NCBI RefSeq assembly: GCF_963921235.1
Contig: NC_086101.1
Span: 682,001-746,000 of the forward strand
DNA: 64,000 nt
Direction of reading: 5' to 3'
DNA from: Mobula hypostoma
Lineage: Eukaryota
Below are positions 39,060-52,775 of this stretch, piece after piece. The stretch's first letter is position 1. Each line of letters begins with the position of its first letter. Under the pieces are notes generated by a model. That model was not told where the DNA came from, ran no database searches, and saw nothing but the letters and a program-made list of their open reading frames with translations. A program made the position numbers and the translations under genes.

Positions 39060-42000
39060 TGTGTTGGAAGTCAGAATAGGGTTTTCTTTCTGTGAAGTTA
39101 ATAAGGGGGACGGCCTTCCTCGGGGAAGGGAGAGTGGCCGTGCCTCTGGCACAGAGTCTAGCCCTGTGGATCTGAAGGGCAGGGAAAGGAAGAGGATGGC
39201 AGGAGTGACAGGGGACTCTATATTTAGTGGGTCAGATAGGCGATTCCGTGGACACGGGGAAGAGAAACGGATGGTAGTTTGCCGCGCAGTTGCCAGGGTC
39301 CGGGATGGATCTGATCGCGTCCACGATATCCTGAAGTGGGAAGGAGAACAGCAGATTGGTGACAACGACGGAGGAAGAAAAAGGGAGGAGGTCCTAAAAA
39401 CAGACTACAGGGAGTTAGGAAGGAAGTTGAGAAGCAGGACCTCAAAGGTAGTAATCTCAGGATTACCGCCTGTGCCACACGACAGTGAGTATAGGAACAG
39501 AGTGAGGTGGAGGATAAATGCTGAAGGATTGGAGCAGGGGGCAGGGATTCAGATTTCTGGATCATTGGGACCTCTTTGGGGGCAGGTGCGACCGGTATAA
39601 AAAGGACGGGTTGCACTTGAATCCCAGGAGAACCAATACCGGGGAGATTCGCTAAGGATATTCAGGGGAGTTTAAACTAGATTTGCTGGGTGGTGGGAAA
39701 CGAACTGAAGAGACGGAGGAAGAAGCGGTTGTCTCACGTACAGAGAAAGTTTGGAGAATGTGCGAGAGGGAGGATAGTAGGCAGTTGATAGAGAAAGGAC
39801 GCGCCCAGACCGATGGTTTGAGATGTGTCTATTTTAAAGCAAGTAATATTGTGAACAAAGCTGATGAACTTAGATCGTGGATCAGTACTTGGAGCTATGA
39901 TGTTGTGCCCATTACAGAGCCTTGGAAGATTCAGAGGCAGGAATAGTTACTTCGAGTGCCAGACTTTAGGTGTTTCAGAACGGTCAGGGAGGGAGGAAAA
40001 AGAGGTAGAGGCGCAGTACTGATGCTTAGACATAGTGTGACGGCTGCAGAGAAGGAGCAAGTCATGGAGGGGTTGTCTACGTTCTGTGTGGCTGGATGTT
40101 AGAAACAGGAAATGGCCAATAACTCTGTTAGGAGTTTTTATAGACCACCCAATAGTAACAGGGACATCGAGGAGCTGATAGCAAGACAGATTCTGGAAAG
40201 GTGTAAAAATAACAGGGTTGTCGTGGTGGGAGATTTTAATTTCCCTAATATCGATTGCCATCTCCCTAAAGCAAGGGGTTTAGATGTGATAGGACGCAGA
40301 GAGTGGTGAGTGCGTGGAATGGGCTGCCGGCAAAGGTGGTGGAGTCAGATACGACAGCTTCCAAATGTGACAGACTCCACAGACTGCACAGGGAGACATG
40401 AAACACAGGACCAGAAGTTCTCTCTGATCAATAACTCGGAAACGGTGAACTTTACCATGTAAACCCCTCCCAGTCACAGCTTGCGAAAGAGCTGCCTGTC
40501 CCCACACATTGGGAAAACTCCAGACAAAGTGTAATTGAATGTGAGAACAACGTTCGATCCCGTGAGTGAGATGAGAGACTGAAGTTTATTTCCACCTGTC
40601 ATTAAATATGAAAAATCAAAGTGTTGGACAGACAGGATCAACATCTCTGACAGATATTTGTACAATGATGGGAGATTTTAATTTCCCAAATATTGATTGG
40701 CATCTCCCTAGAGCAAGGAATGTAGATGGGTTGGAGTTTGTTAGGTATGTTCAGGAAGGTTTCTTGACACAATATGTAGATAAGCCTACAAGAGGACAGA
40801 TTGTAACTGATCTGGTATTAGGAAATGAACCTGGTCAGGTGTCAGATCTCTCAGTGGGAGAGCATCTTCGAGATAGTGATGACAATTCTATCTCCTTTAC
40901 CAGAGAATTGGACAGTTATAGGAAAAGACAAGTTAGGAAAACTTTTAATTGGAGTAAGGGGAAATATGAAGCTATCAGGCAGGAACTTGGAAGCATAAAT
41001 TGGGAACAGCCGTTCTCACGGAAATGTACGGTAGAAATGTGTCAAATGGTCAGGGGACATTTGCGTGGAATTCTGCATAGACACGTTCCAATGAGACAGG
41101 GAAAGGATGGTATGGTATAGGAACCGTGGTGCATAAAGGTTGTTTTAATTCTAGTCAAGAAGAAAATACGAACTTACCAAAGGTTCAAAAAACTAGGTAA
41201 TGATAGCGATTTAGAAGATTATAAGGCTGGCAGGAAGAATCTTAAGAATGAAATTAGGGGAGCCAGAAGGGGCCATGAGAAGGCCTTGGCTGACAGGATT
41301 AAGGAAAACTCTAAGGCATTCTACAAGCATGTGAAGAGCAAGAGGATAAGATGTGAGAGTATAGGACCAAACAAGTGTGACAGTCGGAAAGTATGTATGG
41401 AACCGGAGGAAATAGCAGAGGTACTTAATGAATACTTTGCTTCAGTATTCTCTATGGAAAAGGATCTTGGCGATTGTAGGGATGACTTACACCGGACTGA
41501 AAACCTTAAGCATGTAGATATTAAGAAAGAGGATGTGCTGGAGATTCTGGAAAGCATCCAGTTAGGTAAGTCACCGTGACCGGACGAGACATACCCGAGG
41601 CTACTGTGGGAGTGGAGGGAGCATGTTGATGAGCATCTGGCAATGATCTTTGCATCATCAATGTGGACGGGAGAGGTTCCAGAGGATTGGAGGGTTGTGG
41701 ATGTTGTTCCCTTATCCAAGAAAGGGAGTAGAGATAGCCAAGGAAATTATAGATAAGTGTGTCCTGCTTCAGTGGTTGTTAAGTTGATGGAGAAGATCCA
41801 GAGAATCAGGATTTATGAACATTTGGAGAGGCATAATATGATTAGGAATAGTCAGCATGGCTTTTTCAAAGGCAGGTCGTGCCTTAGGATGACTGAGCAT
41901 TTTCAGCATATAACGAAACACAGTGATGAAGGTAGGGAAGTAAATGTATTGTATATAGATTTCGGAAAGGCTTTTGACAAGGTACGCCATGTAAGGCTTA

Positions 42001-43349
42001 TTGAGAAAGTAAACGTGCATGAGGGCCGGCTACTGGCGCAGTGACATCAGCGCCGGACTGCAGAGCGAAGATTCCAGAGTTCGAACCCAGTCGGGCCGCT
42101 CCCCGGTATGCTGTCCATCCGTTTCGGGTTGAGTGTCGAGCTCGCAACTCGGCCTCGTATTTAACAAATACAGCGCTGTCAGAAGGACGCGGCGGACCAC
42201 TCGCAGAATCTTTCCTCCAAGACAACCACACCAAAAAATATAGATGCACGGGATCCAAGGGGACATTGTTCTGTGGATTCAGAACTGGCTTACCTACAGA
42301 GGGCAAAGAGTGGTTGAAGACAGGTCATTTCTGCATGGAGGTCGGTGACCAGTGGTGTGCCTCAGGGATCTGTTCTGGGACCCCTTCTCTTTGTGATTTT
42401 TATAATGACCTGGATGAGTAAGTGGAGGGATGGGTCAGTACATTCGCTGATGACGCAAAGGTTGGGGTGTTGTGGGTAGTGTGGAGGGCTGTCAGAGGTT
42501 ACAGCTGGATATTGATAGGATGCAAAACTAGGCTGAGAAGTGGCAGATGGAGTTCAACCCAGATAAGTGTGAAGTGGTTCATTATTGTAGGTCAAATATT
42601 ATGGCGGAATATGGTACTACTGGAAAGATTCTTAGCCCTGTGTAGGATCAGAGAGATCTTGGGGTCCGAGTCGATTGGACACTCGAAGCTGCTACGCAGG
42701 CTGACTTTGTGGTAAAGAAGGCATACAGTGTATTGGCATTCATCAATTGTGGGATTGGGTTTAAGAGCCGAGAGGTAATGTTACAGCTATATAGGACCCT
42801 GGTCAGACCCCACTTGGAGTACTGTGCTCAGTTCTGGTCGCTTCACTACAGGAAGGATGTGGAAACCATAGAAAGGGTGCAGAGCTGATTGGCAAGGATG
42901 TTGCCTGGGTTGGGGAGCTTAACTTACGTATGAGAAAAGTTTGAATGAACTCGGCATTTTCTCCTTGGAGCGACGGAGGATGAGAGGTGACCTGGTAGAC
43001 ATGTACAAGATAATGAGCGGCATTGATCGTTTCTTTAGTCAGAGGCTTTTTCCCGGAGCTGAAATGGCTCGCACGAGAGGGGACAGTTTTAAATTTCTTG
43101 GTATACGGTACAGAGGAGATGTCAGACGTAAGTATTTTATGCGGAGAGTGGTGAGTGTGTGGAATAGGCTTCCGACGACGTTAGTGGAGGCGGATACCAC
43201 AGGGTGTTTTAAGAGGCTCCCGGATAGGAGCTCCGGAAAGTTGAAGGCTATGGGTAACCATTCATAATTTCTGAAGGAAGGACGTGTTCGGCACAGCTTG
43301 GTGCCGACAGGCCTGTATTGTGCTGTAACTTTTCTATGTTCTATGTTCT
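39060..43349 (+). mobile_element. Decayed, rearranged CR1 LINE (ORF1 SGNH + ORF2)
   Basis: VTGDS..VVISGLPPV ORF1; YRPPNS, GDFNFP, SQHGF ORF2 fragments; (ttctatg)n tail at 43332-43349. Confidence 0.88.
42023..42240 (+). mobile_element. tRNA-derived SINE inserted in CR1
   Basis: A box tggcgcagtgac, B box gagttcgaacc, A-rich tail; CR1 RT sequence resumes after it. Confidence 0.75.
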
Positions 43350-43661
43350 GAGGCTATTACTAATACAAATTAGAGATCTCCGGGAAAGGATGATATATAT
43401 GTTATTGTATGCTTAGATATATGACTCAAAACTCTCTTGAGATAATAATTTTTATTTACTCCTGTTTGGTGGTTAGGCCATCCTCTCTATAGTGACAATT
43501 CTAAAACCTGGGATATTCCCGTCTGTTCCTTCTAGTTATAGGCCAATGTCGTTAAAGTCCTATTTATGTAGACTTACAAGCTTCCAACTTGATGAACCAA
43601 TAGCGACACTCACAACACGCTGGAGGAACTCAGCAGGTCGGGCAGCATCCGTGGAAACGGT

Positions 43662-43699
43662 TAGTCGACGTTTCGGGCTGGAACCCTTCGTCAGGACTG
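43662..43699 (-). ncRNA. Minimal type-I hammerhead ribozyme, intact core
   Basis: cagtc-CTGACGA-agggttccagccc-GAAAC-GTC-gacta, within a copy of the PLE terminus (about 43605-43750). Confidence 0.8.
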
Positions 43700-44645
43700 A
43701 AGAGGGAAGGGGCAGAGGCCCTATAAAGAAGATGGGGGGAAGGTGGGAATCAGCGTAACTCGCGCCACCGCTTCGTCCTCAGGGTTTCGAGCCAAGATGA
43801 GTGTTTCTTCAAATCCATGGATGGCGCTTGACGTACTGAGTTCCCCCAGCATTTCGTATGTGTCAGTACCCCTTCTTGGCCTCATCAGATGCTGCGTTTC
43901 CAGAGGCCTGGTCAGTAACGGTTGAAGTAGGGAAACGGGCCATATCAGCGACTGAGATCGTGATCTCTCTCTCCCTCTCTCTGTCTCTCTGTCTCTTTCT
44001 CTCTCTCTCCCCCCCCCGCCCCCTCTCACAGAGAGACAACTGAACGTAACGTAATGGTACTTCTTCTTCAATTATAAAACAGGAAAATTCGCTTACTGGA
44101 AGATATTTCAAGTTGGCAGTGAGAGGGAGAACGTAAAGGTAGAGAAGAAGGAGAAAAGGGAGTCTGAAGGAATGGTTGCTGCTTGCTGCAGACGAAAATA
44201 TACTACAAGATCAAGCAGTTTTGTTAGAACCGGGAGGCAGAGGAAACAGGTTCGCCTCAAGCTTCATTTTAACAAGGCGGGACGTGAGGTGCAAAGGGGA
44301 ATTCTCTGGGATGGTGAGGCCAGTGATGCCATCGGGATCAACTGTAAACAACTGTTATTTTTTAATTCTAAAGCAACATACACATAATATAAAACAGTAG
44401 ACATTGACAGGACTCTGATGAGGGGACTCTTTTCCGCAGATGCCGCCGGGCCTGCTACGTTCCTTCAGCATTTTGTGTGGAAAAGAGTAAACAATCGATG
44501 TTTCGTGGCAAGTCCTTTCATCAGGATCTTCTGTCGTGTGTTTTGTTTTCTATTTCGAGCATCTGCAAGTTTTATCGTCTTTGTTTTGCAACTCTGTTCA
44601 TCACATTGTTTTCATTTACCCACAAGTGGGGAGCTAGAATATGGT

Positions 44646-45472
44646 GTCAAATAGGGGAGCATTGATGGCGGAGCCAAATGCGAGACACAGACACTGAAGT
44701 ACAAGGAACAGGACTTGACTAGAGTAGGGACGTGACAGGATACAGACAAGGATCGAGGACAAGAACGCAGACTTGGGCTTCGACCCCGAGCCAGAGACTG
44801 GACAAGGACACAGAACATGGGTCTTGCCTCGGGCTCGGGCCCCAGAGCAAAGACACGGCATGACCACAGTACTGGAGGCTTGAGCTTGGAGACAGGCTGC
44901 GCTCTTGAGACTTGGAATGCGGAGGCTGATAACTCGGAGGCTGGAGCTCGGAGACAGACTGGAAACTGTACATCAACATAGAGCCAGGACTTATCCTTCG
45001 AAAAGCCGGGACTCATCTTTATCTCCACACCAAGGTAGGACAGGTGCATCCGTCAGGTAACGGCAGAACGGCCAGACTTACCCAACAGAGGTAAAGACAA
45101 GACAAGACAAGACAGATACCCCCGCAGGGTAACGGCAGAACGACCTGACTTACCCCACGGAGACGAGGACAAGAAGAGACAAACACCAAAGAACGACAGA
45201 CAGTTCCATCTCTGCATCGGGGTTGCTCCGAGTCGCAGTTACTGCCAGCAACCTCAGCTGGACGGAACCAGCCGGTTCCCTACCTAGTTCTGAATGGCTG
45301 ACGGCCACTCAGCTGACCCGGGAAACAGCCGAATCCATACCGCAAAGACAGCTCCGACTACCGACAGCAAGGCTCCATGAGGCGATGGTTCTCCAACGCG
45401 GCCTCAAGATGGCAAGTGGCTGCTCCAGCCACAAATCGATCGATGGTGAAAGCAACAGTCAGCCAGACTGAC
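44646..45472 (-). mobile_element. LTR-like element; a related shorter piece lies at about 33170-33372 on the opposite strand
   Basis: TGTCA..TGACA termini; shared gtacttcagt-tctgtgt-t-gcattt-gg-tccg motif; no TSD found. Confidence 0.5.
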
Positions 45473-45651
45473 AGCTAGACAGGTATATGGAGGAGTTTAA
45501 GGTCGGCTGTTATATAGGAGGCAGGGTATAAGGGTCAGGACAACATTGTGGGCCAGAGGGCCCGTACTGTGCTGTACTGTTCTATGTTCTATGTTCTATG
45601 GAATAGGGAGCATGAAAGCCGCTGAACTGTAATGCATTACAGCATTTATGT

Positions 45652-46555
45652 CTAATGTTTTAGCAGTTTCAAAATCCGATTCAGTGGGTATTTCACTGCA
45701 TTCTTCAGTTCCTCTCGGAATTTGCTCTCAGTCAGGGCGTAAGTAGACGTGTTGGTGCAGGAACTGAGAATCTGCAGCATTACCGATGTGCATTGTGCAA
45801 TGTAACGGGGACCGTTAACGGAATCAAAAACAAAACTCATTGAAATTCATCTATAGATAGAAAATACCACGTATGTTCCCCGCAACAATATGAAACTACC
45901 AGTTATACTGAAGAGCAAAAGGATAGATTTGCGTCGGTTCTCCATCTCCCGGTCCTTGTCAATCTCTCCGCACTTTTGTCCCGGGAGCCCCCTGCGGGCT
46001 CGGCTGGCCGCCAGAATCCGCCTGACAGTCTGAATATTGAACAGCAACATCAGAAAGAATGGGAGACAAGGGGATAAAATAGGTCAAACATCTCAAATGC
46101 CGCCCGTGAGGGAGATGTTTTGTAGCTCGCTGTATAAGCACATTCCCAGGGAACACCATCAATTATTTCTCCAGGCCCGAATATAAAGCCCCAGGGGACC
46201 GTCTCCAAACCGGCCAGCACACTCACCGTCCCGATAACCACAGCCGCCGTTCTCTCGGTGCAATATTTTGTTTTTAGCTTCTCACAACAAATAGCCACAA
46301 ATCGGTCGACGGTGAAAGCGACAGTCAGCCAGACTGAGGGCACAGTGCTCGCAGCAACCAACCATTGATCGAGGCTGCACACAGGAGAGATTCGTAGGAA
46401 TGATCGGGAAAAATAAATCTCTGCAGTCCACCACAGCAGCGGATCCGAGATAACGACCAGGAGATCGGCCGCTGCCATTCCCACCAGGGAACGAGTGACA
46501 CATTTGGAGAGACCGCACTTTCCCCGGGACAGGATCACAATCGCCACCAAGTTCG
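45652..46555 (-). pseudogene. GPR139/GPR142-like GPCR main exon (copy 3, diverged subfamily), frameshifted
   Basis: ttccag acceptor; ANLVAIVILSRGKCGLSKC, TVDRFVAIC, MENRRKSILLLF, LSSCTNT..TESKFREELK in three frames. Confidence 0.88.
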
Positions 46556-47303
46556 CTGGAAGAGAGCCAGGGAACAGCAAGTTGAGAAAATACTGAGCAG
46601 AAGCCAATGCAGCAGTTTGAGGGGATCCTGTAATATTTCCACTTTATTGTTGCATTTAGCGGTGGGAGGGTCGAGAGAGGGCGCAGAGCTGGCAGAGACA
46701 GAGAAGGAGTTTACACAGTAAAATAAAGTAAGTATGATCTGAATACGGATTCCTTCCTGATACTGGATGGAACATTTTCTACGTCCACGTCTATTCTGGA
46801 TGAAATGAACAAATTCGGACACTGATGGCGGGATTCTTCCATTAAGCAATCGTCAACTTCCATGGCGATCCCTGTCAGGGAACGAACAGCTGACAGACGG
46901 AACAAAAACAGGGAATGCTGGAAACACTCATCCAGGCAAAACCGAATATGTAGAAAAACAGCTAAAGGTATCTCTCCTCAGAACTGTTCTCAGAGAGATC
47001 CCTGACACGAGTGTTAACTGGTTTCTCTTTCCACACAAGCTGCTTGGGGCTCAGTGTTTCCAGGATTCCCTGAGTTTGTTTCCTATTCCGGCGTTTGCCA
47101 CCTCACTGACTTTCTCAGTTACAGTTGTTTGAACAACCAGTTTAATTCAAAACCATTGTCCTTAATATAAATATTGGGGCGATTGGAGACAAGTACATCA
47201 AAATTATTTGGCATTTCCTCAGCAGTGTCTCTGGTGGAAATAGGCCGATAGATATAATTTGCAAGACTGAGCTTTGTCACGGATCAGCTACATTTACAGA
47301 TTT

Positions 47304-49227
47304 CATAGAACATAGAATAGTACAGCACAGTACAGGCCTTTCGGCCCACAATGTTGTTCCGACCCTCAAACCCTGCCTCCCATATAAGCCCCCACCTTAG
47401 ATTCCTCCATATATCTGTCTAGTAGTCTCTTAAACTTCACTAGTGTATCTGCCTCCACCATTGACTCAGGCAGTGCATTCCACGCACCAACCACTCTCTG
47501 AGTAAAAAACCTTCCTCTAATATCCCCCTTGAACCTCCCACCCGTTACCTTAAAGCCATGTCCTCTTGTATTGAGCAGTGGTGCCCTGGGGAAGAGGCGG
47601 TGGCTATCCACTCTATCTATTCCTCTTATTATCTTGTACACCTCTATCATGTCTCCTCTCATCCTCCTTCTCTCCAAAGAGTAAAACCCTAGCTCCCTGA
47701 ATCTCTGATCATAATGCATACTTTCTAAACCAGGCAGCATCCTGGTAAATGTTCTCTGTACCCTTTCCAATGCTTCCACATCCTTCCTATAGTGAGGTGA
47801 CCAGAACTGGACACAATACTCCAAGTGTGTCCTAACCAGAGTTTTATAGAGCTGCATCATTACATCGCGACTCTTAAACTCTATCCCTCGACTTAGGAAA
47901 GCTAACACCCCATAAGCTTTCTTAACTACCCTATCTACCTGTGAGGCAACTTTCAGGGATCTGTGGACATGTACCCCGAGATCCCTCTGCTCCTCCACAC
48001 TACCAAGTATCCTGCCATTTACTTTGTACTCCGCCTTGGAGTTTGTCCTTCCAAAGTGTACCACCTCACACTTCTCCAGGTTGAACTCCATCTGCCACTT
48101 CTCAGCCCACTTCTGCATCCTATCAATGTCTCTCTGCAATCTTTGACAATCCTCTACACTATCTACAACAGCACCAACCTTTGTGTCGTCTGCAAACTTG
48201 CCAACCCACCCTTCTACCCCTACATCCAGGTCGTTAATAAAAATCACGAAAAGTAGAGGTCCCAGAACAGATCCTTGTGGGACACCACTAGTCGCGATCC
48301 TCCAATCTGAATGTACTCCCTCCACCACCACCCTCTGCCTTCTGCAGGCAAGGCAATTCTGAATCCACCTGGCCAAACTTCCCTGGATCCCATGCCTTCT
48401 AACTTTCTGAATAAGCCTACCGTGTGGAACATAGTCAAATGCCTTACTAAAATCTATATAGATCACATCCACTGCACTACCCTCATCTATATGCCTGGTC
48501 ACCTCCTGAAAGTACTCTGTCAGGGTTGTTAGACTCGATCTGCCCTTCACAAAGCCATGCTGACTGTCCCTGATCAGACCATGATTCTCTAAATGCCTAT
48601 AGATCCTATCTCTAAGAATCTTTTCCAACAGCTTTCCCACCACAGACGTAAGGCTCACTGGTCTATAATTACCCGGACTATCCCTACTACCTTTTTTGAA
48701 CAAGGGAACAACATTCGCCTCCCTCCAATCCTCTGGTACCATTCCCGTGGACAACGAGGACATAAAGATCCTAGCCAGAGGCTCAGCAATCTCTTCTCTC
48801 ACCTTGTGGAGCAGCCTGGGGAACATTCCGTCAGGCCCCAGGGACTTATCTGTCCTAATGTATTTTAACAACTCCAACACCTCCTCTCCCGTAATATCAG
48901 CATGCTCCAGAACATCAACCTCACTCATATTGTCCTCACCATCATCAAGTTCCCTCTCATTGGTGAATACCGAAGAGAAGTATTCGTTGAGGACCTCGCT
49001 CACTTCCACAGCCTCCAGGCACATCTTCCCACCTTTATCTCTAATCGGTCCTACCTTCACTCCTGTCATCCTTTTTTTCTTCACATAATTGAAGAATGCC
49101 TTGGGGTTTTCCTTTACCCTACTCACCAAGGCCTTATCATGCCCCTTCTTGCTCTTCTCAGCCCCTTCTTAAGCTCATTTCTTGCTTCCTTATATTCCTC
49201 AATAGACCCAGCTGATCCTTGCTTCCT
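47304..49227 (-). mobile_element. 5'-truncated CR1 LINE with open 587-aa RT ORF (47366-49129)
   Basis: Uninterrupted RT motifs; catagaacatagaa tail. Confidence 0.95.
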
Positions 49228-49356
49228 TTCATCTTTTTGTTCAGCTAATTATTCATCTCTAAACGGACACCAGCGACACTGACCGATCCATACCTCTGTC
49301 CCTGCAGTTTCCCATCTTGAACTGTCCTTCAGTCCTCCTCGGCTTCTTCCTGGTGA

Positions 49357-49359
<3 letters not shown>

Positions 49360-49451
<92 letters not shown>
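49360..49451. repeat. Compound microsatellite (CT)n(CA)n
   Basis: Directly visible. Confidence 0.97.
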
Positions 49452-49453
<2 letters not shown>

Positions 49454-49979
49454 AGACTGAAAGAAAAGTAAAATTGCATTTCTTTATTATAGTGATTGTC
49501 CTATTGTTTATACTATTTATTATAAATTACTATAAATTGCTCATTGCACATTTAGTAACGTAAAGAGTTTTACTCTTCATGTATATGAAAGATGTAAGTA
49601 ATGAAGGCAATACAATTGAAAACACACAAACAGAAATTCGAACAAAGATACAGTCAGGATGGAAATGGTCAAATGAACAAGCTGCTAATGTACAAACACG
49701 TGAAAATCTGCAGATGCCGGAAATCCAAAGCAAAGCAAGGAACTCTGCTGAGTTCCTCCAGCATTTTGTTTGTGATGTTGCTGATGTAACAGTCTTTAAT
49801 GGGCATTCAAACCTGTACAATGTCAGAAGAACTTTAGAACTATTTCACTCTGCAAAGGAATGGGCAGACCCGTTATTTAATAAAAACTGTACTCGAAATG
49901 GGGAGATGAATAGATGCAGGATAGCTGGAAGTGAACGAAAGAGGGAGGGAAAGAGGAAAAGAGGAAGGGAGAGAGAAAG

Positions 49980-52470
49980 AGTATTTCTCTTATGGAGAAA
50001 TAACGGGATCTGTTCTTTTGCAGATTTACTTTGTGGTGGTCGATTGCTAACTTTTGAAGAGTTAATTAGCAAATATTCTCTCTCTCAGACACACTTCCTA
50101 CAATATTTTCAGGTTAGACAATTTTTACGAAAATACTTATCTAAGTTTCCATATATGCAAGAATCTGATTTCTTGGATACTATTTTAAATACGAATCCTT
50201 TAGTGAGCGGTTCCATTGGTAGAATTTATAATTTATTTTTACTACAAAAAGATAACCGCTCACTAAAGAATAAACAAAATTGGGAGAGAGAACTTAATAT
50301 GACCTTTGTTAATGCAGATTGGTCAAGGTAGCAACAGCCAGAGACGTGCTACAGTATAGGGACTCAAGTGACCCGAAGATGGCTGGAGCAGGGATCCAAG
50401 TAAGTACTAGCAGGAAGTGGAGGGCAGAGGAAGCTGTTCAGGAGGCAGGAGCGAGTCTGCATCACAGGAGGCTGGTGGGAGTGGTCACACGAGGCCAAGC
50501 TGGGCTAGGATCCTTACCAACTCTCCAAATGGACGCCAGAGGGAAGGAAAGGCGTCGTCTAGTTCAGGAGGAGATGACAGCTTGCAAGGCGGTGGGAATG
50601 AAGCAACAGGGAGCTTGGACAAGATGGGAGAATGCGGTTGAGAGGAAAGTGACCTGGGCTGATCTTTGGAAAGCCGAACCACACCGCATCCAATTCTCAT
50701 CCAGGCAGTGTACGATGTGCTTCCAAGTCCATCAAACCTGCACACATGGGGCAAGGCAGAGTCATCTGCGTGCCCACTGTGCTCCAAACGAGGAACCCTG
50801 GAGCACATTCTCAGCGGCTGTGCAAGGGCACTTGGTGAGGGACGGTACAGGTGGAGGCATGATCAGGTCCTGAACACCATCGTTGAAGCCGTCAGCTCAG
50901 GAGTTGAGTGGGCGAAGCGGTCCCGACCCTCCAAGCAGACCATTGCCTTTGTCAGAGCTGGGGAGCAGCCAATACCTGCCAAAAGAACATCTGCAGGCAA
51001 TCTGACCTCTGCAAGGGACTGGCAGCTGTTGGTGGATCTCGAAGGGCAGCTGAAGTTCCCCAACCATATCGCAGCCACCACCCTGCGACCAGACATTGTC
51101 CTAGTGTCTGAGTCGACTAAGCAAGTGGTGCTGCTGGAGCTGACAGTCCCATGGGAAGATAGCTTGGAAGAGGCCTTTGAAAGGAAGCTCTCCAAGTACG
51201 CAGGACTAGTCAGCAACTGTCAGCAGGCTGGATGGAGAGCGAGGTGTCTCCCAATGGAGGTTGGTTGTAGGGGATTCATAGCCCGTTCTGTAGTTAGAGC
51301 CTTCAGCATTTTGGGCATCGAGGGAGAGAGGAAGAGGAGAGCCATCCGCAGTACCACCGATGTGGCAGAGAGGGCCTCAAGATGGCTGTGGCTCAAAAGA
51401 GGGGAGCCATGGAGTCATAAGTAGCTAGCCATCTGGACACAAGCTGGGGTCTGATCAGCCCCGGCTGGGTCACCTGGAGGAGGGTGTATGATGTTGAAAG
51501 ACCCGAAACATCCGATGATTCCAGGAACATCAGTGAAGATGTGTCCAGAAGCATCAATAGATGTATGTACACAGTGGCGAGTTTTGAAAATGATCAATTC
51601 TTCTTTGATATGTGCCAATCACTGTTTAATTCAATTTAAAATTGTTCACCGTTATTATTTAACAAAGGAGAGACTATCCAAAATATTTCCTAACATAGAC
51701 AACTATTGTGATAGGTGTAAAACTGAATTAGTCATTTTCTCACTTATGTTCTGGTCATGTTCTTCATTAAAATCTTTTTGGAAATATATATTCTCTACAA
51801 TTTCTGAAGGTCTGAAAATTATTTTACAACCCAATACATTGGCTGTTCTATTTGGAATAGGCCCGCCTCATACTCAGGGTATTTCATCTTCAGATCAACA
51901 TGTAATTGCATTTGTCACATTGTTGGCAAGAAGGGCTATTTCATTGAAATGGAAAGATACCTTTGTCCCTACATTAATTCACTGGTTTTCTCAAGTAACG
52001 TTATGTCTTAGTTTGGAAAAAATTAGAAGTAGAACTTTTGATCCTCGATTCGATTTTGAAAGAATATGGGTCTCTTTTGCCAAATATTATCATTTAATTT
52101 GAATTAATTTATATGGTTTCCTTCCAATCTTATTTTATATACATGTGAATTGGCGGTTGATGATTTTTCTTCGTTATATATATAGATGATTGTAAGACGT
52201 ATTGCTCCGGAATTTGGTTCCTAATGTTTTTTCTCTCTTTTTTTTCTTCTTTTTTTCTTTTTCTTTCTCTTGACGTTACTTTTTTTTTCTTTTAATAGTT
52301 GGGGCTCTCTTTTTCTTTCTTTCCTTTATTTTTTCCATTATCATATATTATTCTTTTTTAAGTTTTTTTCTTCAGATTTATTAACTGTATATATTTCAAT
52401 TTTGCTGAAATCTTGTACCATTTTAAAGCTGTAGAAGATTATGTATCAACAAAAAGATTTTAAAAAATGA
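49980..52470 (+). mobile_element. L1/Tx1-like LINE 3' fragment split by an RLE-type element
   Basis: FLQYFQVRQF..NWERELN on the left; LIQFKIVHRYY..CDRC..MFWSC on the right; T-rich 3' UTR and A-rich tail. Confidence 0.8.
50320..51575 (+). mobile_element. 5'-truncated RLE-encoding non-LTR retrotransposon (HERO-like)
   Basis: CPLC..HILSGC zinc knuckle, RWRHDQVL, RPD..LLELTVPWE..KLSKY PD-(D/E)xK nuclease; 3' UTR to about 51575. Confidence 0.85.
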
Positions 52471-52775
52471 AAAATGAAATAAAGCTTCTTCCTGGTAACA
52501 CACACACACACAGAGTCTAACAATTGCACAAATGTATTTGTATGTTATAGTGATTGTCCTGTTGTACATTTATTATGTTACTATAAATTGCACATTGCAC
52601 ATTTAGACGGAGACATAACGTAAAGATACTTACCATTCGTGTATATGAAGAATGTAAGTAATGATGTCAATACATTTCGAAATACACAAACACAGATTCG
52701 AACAAAGATACAATAGACAGACCGAGTTCAGGATGGAAACGGTAAAATAAGCACGTTGCTGCTGTGCAAACATGT

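Noticed and set aside
46711..46865. First coding exon of GPCR copy 3
   Set aside because: An ATG and possible donor are present, but frame and TM1 similarity could not be established by eye.
49579..50331. 250-aa ORF as a gene
   Set aside because: Runs from repeat-derived and low-complexity sequence into an L1 fragment; no coherent domain.
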